From NCBI GenBank assembly GCA_963745835.1, contig CAVUZH010000003.1, positions 288,001 through 352,000 of the forward strand: DNA of 64,000 nt. Reading direction: 5' to 3'. Shown here piece by piece: positions 60,290 to 64,000 of this stretch. Each line of letters begins with the position of its first letter. Within the stretch, counting starts at the first letter, position 1. The position numbers were made by a program, and so were the translations under genes. Source of the DNA: an uncultured delta proteobacterium. GTDB taxonomy: Bacteria; Desulfobacterota; Binatia; UBA9968. The notes beneath the pieces are model-generated. The model made no database searches and was not told the DNA's origin. It saw only the letters and a list, made by a program, of their open reading frames with translations.

Positions 60290-61339
60290 TCAGAATCCAT
60301 ATTTCTCGAGAACGGTCATGGCCTTGTTGAACGCCGGTTGCAGCTCACCCCGGGTGCTGACGTCGCGATAAGCGTCACTCACAGCGTCGTCTTTGAATAC
60401 TTCCTGGACAGGGATGGGACTGTCCAACCTGCCTCTCTTAACCATTTCTTGAATAATCCGTTCGAGCGCATGACGCTCGATGCCGCCGTCCATCGGCAGC
60501 GCCCAACTGTCAACCCGATCCGGCGCCGAAGCGATAAACAGGCGCTGTTCGTCTTCATTATGGGTGAGCTTTCTTAACCGCGCTTCGAGATCGTGCAGAT
60601 ACTGAAAATTGTTTACGTCACGCATGAACCAGAACGTGCGGGTGATGGCGCGGAAGTATGCCCTCAGCTCGTCGCTGCGCTGCTCGATAGTTCTTCGCGG
60701 AGCCACGGTGACTTTGCCAGGTCGGCGGGGAAAGACCACGTTGGGATCGAGGATGACCGGGTAACCTTCTTTCTCCAGTTCATCCGAGAAAGGTGGTGAT
60801 GACGTGATGGCGTTTACTTTTCCGGAGCGGAGCATATCGATATGGGCCGGGTTGTTGCGGTAGCCGAAGACCGGGTCTTGGACCATTTCTACCTCGGTTG
60901 CGGGGTCGACGCCGGCCTCTTTCAAGGCCTCCTCGATAAAAAACTCGACCAGGCCGCCGCCGTCCGCTGAATTTTCGCGCACGCCGATCTTGCCGCCGCG
61001 CAGCTTGCTCATGTCGGTGATATGCTTTGAGCCGTACCATTTGAGAAACGGCGTGTAGCGCCAGCCGCCGACGATGTAGACGTCGGCGCCTTGTACGCGC
61101 TGGAGGATCGCTGATTCGGTGTCCACCGCGGTGGCGATGTCGACTCCGTGTTCCTTGATCGCCAATCCCAGAGTTTGGCTTTCCGACGGGCCGGGCAGAA
61201 GGCCGCTGCGCTCGTATTCGTAGCGCGAGAGACCTTCCTGTTTGAAGAAGCCCTGCTCTTCGGCGACATAGATGGCGACCCAGTGGCCGACGTGATAGTT
61301 GACATTGGCGATCAGAAGCGGCTGATCGAAAGTGCTCAT
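60290..61339 (-). CDS. NMT1/SsuA-fold protein without a signal peptide
   Basis: 'VAEEQGFFKQEGL', 'LRGGKIG', 'GVDP', 'SGKVNA'; N-terminus 'MSTFDQPLLIA' lacks a signal peptide. Confidence 0.8.
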   Translation of the reverse strand: MSTFDQPLLIANVNYHVGHWVAIYVAEEQGFFKQEGLSRYEYERSGLLPGPSESQTLGLAIKEHGVDIATAVDTESAILQRVQGADVYIVGGWRYTPFLKWYGSKHITDMSKLRGGKIGVRENSADGGGLVEFFIEEALKEAGVDPATEVEMVQDPVFGYRNNPAHIDMLRSGKVNAITSSPPFSDELEKEGYPVILDPNVVFPRRPGKVTVAPRRTIEQRSDELRAYFRAITRTFWFMRDVNNFQYLHDLEARLRKLTHNEDEQRLFIASAPDRVDSWALPMDGGIERHALERIIQEMVKRGRLDSPIPVQEVFKDDAVSDAYRDVSTRGELQPAFNKAMTVLEKYGF

Positions 61340-62331
61340 GACGATTCTCCTTTTCCTAATTCCTTGTTCCCGATACGGACAAAGCTAAAGTCATAGACGC
61401 TTTCCGGTGCGACATCTTTTTCTACGTTCAAAACTTTTCTCTGGAGCGAGACCATTCGTCTCCTGAAGGGGTCGGGGGATGGCTCCGTCCTGAGAAAAAA
61501 GTTTGACTCCCGGTTCTGTAGAGCTCCAGGCCGTCGGCCTCGGAAGATTTTGTCGCGTTGGCCAGCCTGGCGGCGACTTCCTTCTCGTTGGCTTTGAGCC
61601 AGTAAAACGTCTTGAGAGCGCCGCGGATAAAACGGCGGACGAAATCAGGTCTCTGAGAAATATTTCTCTCGGTTGCCACCACGCCCGCCGAGACAAACTC
61701 GATATGGTCGCCGAAGAACAATCAATTCCTTGAAGCCCTGCCTGCGCGCGATGATCGTTTCAGGGTGGGTCAACACCGCCCCGTCAACCGCGCCGCTTAA
61801 CAGAGCAGCCAGTCTGTTGGGCGGCGGCTCGATGGCGCGCAGATGACGTCACGCATGGGTTCCATGCCGAATCGCGGCAGCAACTCGCGCGTCATCTGAT
61901 CCAGAGCCGCGCCAAAGCTGGAAACCGCCAACTGTTTGCCTTTTAGGTCCTGGATGCTTTTCATGTTTTTCGTCCCGAGAAGAAACCACGATGGACGCGT
62001 GTCGAACGCCATGATGATCTTGAGCGGCGCGCCTCTCATAATGGCGCCTCCACCTTGCCCGAGCATCTGGCTGTAATCGAAGCTGCCACCGATCAAGCCC
62101 TGAATCCCTTGGAGCATCCCGGCCATGATCGGTTGCAGCTCAATACCTTCTTCTCTGTAAAAGCCTTTTTCTTTGCCGACGTGATAGACGAAGCTGGTGA
62201 TGTTCGGCGTTCCGGCTACGTGGATCTTTGCTTCATCCAGAGCGAACGAGAGTTGGGCGGGACCCAAGCCAATGATTAAAAACGAAAGAACAGATATTCC
62301 GAGAGTGTCTTGGGTTTGGACTAAACTTCAT
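61336..62331 (-). pseudogene. NMT1/SsuA-like substrate-binding protein broken by several frameshifts
   Basis: Fragments 61797-62267 and 61428-61721 plus terminal 'VYDFSFVR' ending at a TGA overlapping the next ATG; paralog of the gene at 59248. Confidence 0.75.
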
Positions 62332-62527
62332 CAAGTCCTCCGTGATTGCAAATCACTGCGAGTTACGTTCCGTTGAACGACTCGATCGCGACGCGTGAGA
62401 TTGGCCGGCATCGCCAGCCATCTTTACTGCTTAGTTCAATTTCGGTCAAACAGTTTGGCGAATATTCATTTATTTACTGACGTGTCGAGTTCGAGCCAGC
62501 GGAAAGCATCAAACTTTATGCGATTGC

Positions 62528-62556
62528 TTGACCTCGCGGATGCGCCGGACTATATA
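62528..62556 (+). promoter_or_regulatory. Putative sigma70 promoter
   Basis: TTGACC-N17-TATATA upstream of ATG 62584. Confidence 0.45.
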
Positions 62557-62583
62557 AGACAGAAAAACAGCACGGAGGCGTGT

Positions 62584-63556
62584 ATGATATCGATTCTAGT
62601 TTTCGTCCTTTTGATTTTCAGCGGCACGTCGCAAGCGCTTTCGGCCGAGAGTCAGAAGCTTGATCGAGTTCGCATCGGCTATTCGTCGATCTCCAGCAGT
62701 CGGATTGCGCTTTGGGTAACAAGCGACATGAATTTTTTTCGAGAAAAACGGTCTCGCCGCGGAAACCATCGTCACGCCGGGAGTGCAGGGCACGCAGGCG
62801 CTTATCGCCGGCGAACTTCAGTTTTATCTTGGCGGCGTTGACTCAGCGGCGCTGGCGGCTTCGCGAGGGTCCGACCTGGTCGCCTTGGCCACTGCAGAAC
62901 CGATCGAATACAAGCTGATTACTCAGCCAAGTGTCAAAACGGTCAAAGATTTAAGAGGCAAAAAAATCGTCGTCGACCGAGTCGGCGGCACGAGCTACTA
63001 TATCTCGCTACAGATCCTGGAGAAGGTCGGTTTGAAGACTGGTGAGGTTGAACTGGTGCAAGTCGGCGGCGGAGGAAATCAAAGGGTGGCGGCCTTCAAG
63101 TCCGGGTTGGTTGCGGGCGTTGTTACATCCCCTGATCGATTCGAACAATTGAAAATTCCTTATCACGTTGTGGCGGACGCGATGGAGATGGGAATCAAAG
63201 TGATGGGTAATTCGTATCTCACGACCCGGAGTTTCCGCGATCAAAACAAGGACGTCGTGCTGCGTACCATGAAAGCACTGGTGCAAGGCAGGCGCTGGGC
63301 AAAGGATCCGAAAAATCGACAAGAGGTCCTGCGCATCTACAATCGTTATCTCCCCAGCCCGGACTCCTCCTTCATGGATCATCTGTACCGAAAAAACGTT
63401 GAATCGATGCCGCTGTATCCGTATACGAATATTGAAGATCTGCGCATTTTCCTGTCCTACTTGACAGACGCCAACCCAACTCTACGCAGCCTGAAATTGG
63501 CGGAGTTCGTCGATAACAGTTATCTCAAGCGGATCGAGCAGGAAACCGGCAGCTAG
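62584..63556 (+). CDS. ABC substrate-binding protein, NMT1/SsuA-like (frameshift in T/A runs near 62740)
   Basis: Signal peptide 'MISILVFVLLIF..AES', 'RIGYSS', then ORF 62783-63556. Confidence 0.85.
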
Positions 63557-63580
63557 CGCGACGGCTAGTCTGTCACGAGA

Positions 63581-63612
63581 AGCGCTATGAGGCTTTTTCA
63601 GCAGCTTGCTAG
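63581..63612 (-). repeat. Partial MITE end
   Basis: TATGAGGCTTTTTCAGCAGCTTGCTAG matches 34171-34197. Confidence 0.6.
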
Positions 63613-63651
63613 CCTAGCGTGGTCTCCCTGAAGTTCGCTAGATAATTCAAT

Positions 63652-63785
63652 CGTCATTCCGGGCAAGCTCGGATCGCAGTCCGGGAGTTAGCGCAACCCG
63701 GAATCCAGGAACCTCTCTTCGTCTCCCCTTTCGAAGGTCAGAATTGCGTGGGAGATCTCGATGCCCCGCTTTCGCGGGCATGACG
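63652..63785. repeat. REP/RIME-like composite palindrome (GTCATTCC...GGAATCC / GCTTTCGCGGGCATGAC type)
   Basis: CGTCATTCCGGG...CCCGGAATCCAG ... GATGCCCCGCTTTCGCGGGCATGACG. Confidence 0.65.
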
Positions 63786-63831
63786 GCGGAAATGCCATCG
63801 AATTCGTTTGCGAACTTTGGTCCCAGGAGCA

Positions 63832-63999
63832 CTAGCGAATATTCGGTTGCCAGGTTGCAAGCGTCGCGGCCGTGGACCAGTCTTTGCCGCAGATGTAATC
63901 GGTGAAAGAAGGTTTCAGATTGCCGAGCACGCCCTGAAGCGTGATCCAGATCAGAATCTCATTGGCCACTCCCGCGCGTTCGAGTGTTTCCGCCGTGGC
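63832..63999 (-). CDS. C-terminus of a LigB/MhpB-like extradiol dioxygenase (runs off window)
   Basis: 'LERAGVANEILIWITLQGVLG..PSFTDY....W..A.W' resembles class III extradiol dioxygenase C-termini; only 55 residues are visible. Confidence 0.5.
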   Translation of the reverse strand, partial: ATAETLERAGVANEILIWITLQGVLGNLKPSFTDYICGKDWSTAATLATWQPNIR

Positions 64000-64000
64000 T

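Overview
A 64-kb gene-dense bacterial chromosomal window. The gene content suggests a Candidatus Binatia (Binatota/UBP10)-like soil or sediment organism, but this is inference only. About eight otherwise intact genes are split by single-base indels, which points to an imperfectly polished long-read assembly, so 'pseudogene' calls need caution. Main content: (1) 16 periplasmic-binding-fold genes (13 NMT1/SsuA-type, 2 Bug/TctC, 1 family-1) with no cognate permease or ATPase in the window; (2) CoA-thioester and aromatic catabolism genes (acyl-CoA dehydrogenases, family III CoA-transferases, MaoC hydratase, hydroxycinnamoyl-CoA hydratase-lyase, Rieske oxygenase, LigB-like dioxygenase); (3) a DabB-DabA-PII-like inorganic carbon pump operon whose 5' leader contains a structured RNA followed by an intrinsic terminator (candidate riboswitch); (4) a TrxB-like reductase next to a UGA-recoded UGSC selenoprotein with a SECIS-like hairpin and a partner gene; (5) a ~1,320-codon NACHT/STAND NTPase with a C-terminal PD-(D/E)xK nuclease, broken by two in-frame stops; (6) an intact IS630 inserted at the end of an IS5-type remnant; (7) a ~155-bp MITE-like family (4 full and 2 partial copies) and several intergenic elements built from short tandem repeats facing their reverse complements. 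No rRNA, tRNA or CRISPR array was seen.
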